Positions 61,861 through 64,000 of a DNA stretch of 64,000 bases are shown in pieces. The notes beneath the pieces were generated by a model. It did not search any database. It saw nothing but the letters and a program-made list of their open reading frames with translations, and was not told where the DNA came from. This DNA comes from a virus. Position 1 is the stretch's first letter, and every line of letters starts with the position of its first letter. The DNA lies in the IMG/VR virus record IMGVR_UViG_3300038443_001768; one strand, 5' to 3'. The position numbers were made by a program, and so were the translations under genes.

Positions 61861-62250
61861 ATGCACACTTACTGTAACGGCACCTACCATTATCACAGCC
61901 ACGACGATGGGTTCGAGCAGTGGCATGAACTCTGTCCGGGCGAACCAGCCTGTAATAGTCCGCGCCGCTCGATCGAAGCTCTGGCTGTGAGAATCCCCAA
62001 CAAGATTTGGGTTGACATCAAGGCCGAGCGCGCCCGCCAGGACGCCAAGTTCGGTGTTCAGCGCCACGATAACGCAACCTGGAAGCTCATCCTCGATGAG
62101 GAGACAGGTGAGGTTGCGACTGAATGCCTCCAGGAGATCTTCGGCGACATCGCCAACGGTCACGGTAACTTGCGCGAAGAACTCATCCAGGTCGCCGCCG
62201 TGGCCGTCGCCTGGGTCGAACATCTAGATAGGAGCACAGATGCCGGTTGA
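61861..62250 (+). CDS. MazG-like NTP pyrophosphohydrolase
   Basis: ERARQDAKFG...ILDEETGEVA...REELIQVAAVAVAW. Confidence 0.75.
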   Translation: MHTYCNGTYHYHSHDDGFEQWHELCPGEPACNSPRRSIEALAVRIPNKIWVDIKAERARQDAKFGVQRHDNATWKLILDEETGEVATECLQEIFGDIANGHGNLREELIQVAAVAVAWVEHLDRSTDAG

Positions 62251-63047
62251 CGGCCCGTTGGACCTGTTGTACACGATGCAGGGCGAGGCGTCGATGCGCG
62301 CCGAGCGTGCGAGCAGCCACGCCAATGCGTTGCGCGCCGAGGCCGACGATTACGAACGCGAGGCCTTCCGTCACTCGTCGCAGGTTCAGTGGCTACAGCA
62401 GGCAATCGACGCCATGAACACAATGCCCGAGGACGCAGATGAAGCTTGAAGTCAAGCACGAGGACAATGACCTGTCGATCAGCGGTGATCGCCGTACGTT
62501 GACAGCGCTGATGGAGATCATGCGTATCGCGATGTCGAACACGCGACGCGTGGCGTACGGTTCCATCGACGATGAAGTAGAGGGGCAGGTAGGATCTGTA
62601 AAGGTGAAGGTCCTGTGATACGCCTGGAGACACGCTTCACAGTGGCGCGTAAGTCAACCTACGAAGATGCGGCGGTGGAGGCCGAGAAGCGCCTGAAGGG
62701 CACGTTTGTGATCGACTTTGTCCGTGACGGCGTCGCTGGCGCTCCCGGCGTACCGACCTATGAGGCAGCCTGATGGGACACATGGAGTGGGATCACAACG
62801 GGCGCGCAAAGTGGCGGCAGCGGAGCACAGTTCCGTGTCCCGGGCCGCCCGGTCACGGAGGTTGCATCGGCCGGTATGAGGACGACTACGGGTCAACGAA
62901 GTGGTGCCCGACTTGCACGTATGGTGACGGCCAGCAGGTCGTGATCACATGGACGCCGTGTCCTCGGTTCGACGCCCCGCGTCCGCCCAAGGGTTGGACT
63001 CCAGAGCGGTCAGCGGAAGAACAGATTGACGCAATCTACGGAGGCGT

Positions 63048-63440
63048 GTGATGGCTAAGAAGAAGGCTTACAAGGTTCCGTTCGACGACTACTCTGGCGA
63101 TCAGCTTCACTATGCCGACAAGTGGACAAACCTTGTCCACTTTCCAAACGGCTGGGAGGCCTACAACGACGACTGCGACAATCCTGCAAACCGAGTCGAG
63201 GCCGGCGTAGAGTGGCGCGAGCCGTACGAGTTCGAGGACACGCTCAGGTACGTTACCTACCATCGCGGCCGTAGCGCCGCGTATTTTGAGTTCGTGTCGC
63301 TCAATGACGGTCGGCGATACACGATGTTCTTGAAGCAATTCGATCAGGCGGTGAGTCGGATGGTCATGGGCCAGTTCACGGGCCGCTTCGGTTTTGTCAA
63401 GTACGGCCACAACTACGGAGTTGCACTGCTCGATGCCTGA
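63048..63440 (+). CDS. Hypothetical phage protein
   Basis: GRSAAYF...YTMF...GRFGFVKYGHNYG; GGAGG SD. Confidence 0.7.
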   Translation: MMAKKKAYKVPFDDYSGDQLHYADKWTNLVHFPNGWEAYNDDCDNPANRVEAGVEWREPYEFEDTLRYVTYHRGRSAAYFEFVSLNDGRRYTMFLKQFDQAVSRMVMGQFTGRFGFVKYGHNYGVALLDA

Positions 63441-63801
63441 CGCGAACGGAAACATCAAGGGCATCGCAGTACCTGCGTCGGCGAAGTGGCCCCCAGCGAG
63501 GCCGCCAAGGACGAAGTATGTGCCGCCCGACGAAGCTCCACGCAAGAAGAAGCGCCGACCCAGATCGGTGAAGGTCGTCGAGTGCTGCGATCTCTGCGGC
63601 AACACTGTCAGCGACTTCTGCGCGACCCCTCTACATGACCAGATCTACAACCGCCCTATTGGCAACACCGACTGATGCACGATGACGACATCATCGCGAT
63701 GATCCTATTGATCATCGTCGTGATTGGTTCTCTAGCACTCGCCTGCGCCGCGTCTGCGTAACCAACAACCCAAACATTCGAAACAAGGTACACTTCATCT
63801 A

Positions 63802-64000
63802 ATGGGCTCTGAATCCTTTTTCCCTATCGGCACACGCCTCACCCACATCGAGACCAAGGAGGTCTTGATCGTCACCGGCGGCGGCGACCAGTTGGTTGTC
63901 TCTCCGGCTGAATTCGGCCCGCCGCGCGCTCTCGGAATCGTCGAGGCGCGGCAGGACTACACCGCAGAAATCCCTGAGGGCGGTGTCGTCGACACGCCTG
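63802..64000 (+). CDS. Partial hypothetical protein (runs off the window)
   Basis: ATG 7 nt after a TACACT -10-like box; frame open to the window end. Confidence 0.5.
   Translation, partial: MGSESFFPIGTRLTHIETKEVLIVTGGGDQLVVSPAEFGPPRALGIVEARQDYTAEIPEGGVVDTP

Noticed and set aside
42129-62250. Modified-base (e.g. 2-aminoadenine) genome pathway
   Set aside because: HD, MazG-like, kinase and PolA genes are generic; no PurZ, thymidylate-synthase-like or glycosyltransferase gene in the window

Overview
High-GC dsDNA bacteriophage segment. The host is probably actinobacterial, inferred from GC content and sigma70-type promoters that appear to fire directly on start codons. No structural, lysis or integrase genes are in view. 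Layout: (1) a minus-strand HNH gene and a ~2-kb largely non-coding, repeat- and hairpin-rich region (~0.9-3.0 kb) that may be a genome end or origin; (2) more than 100 short, co-oriented plus-strand accessory/early genes (3-47 kb), including an HhH-GPD-like glycosylase, a DGQHR/DndB-like protein in its own expression unit, an RNA ligase, a metallophosphoesterase, a stand-alone S4 domain, a SpoT-type HD hydrolase and a nicotinamidase; (3) a replication/nucleotide module (47-62 kb) with SNF2 helicase, putative SSB, AEP-like primase, RecA-type helicase carrying a class 3 LAGLIDADG intein, dNMP kinase, two free-standing endonucleases, family A DNA polymerase and MazG-like proteins. The most striking unexplained signal is a cis-element system in the early region. 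The 9-mer GAGCTATCC occurs at least 21 times (manual count), always on the + strand, with density falling from 6 kb to 32 kb. It is accompanied by two families of intergenic hairpins (54 nt and mostly 59 nt) with conserved flanks and co-varying stems. All family assignments come from motif recognition by eye; no database searches were run.
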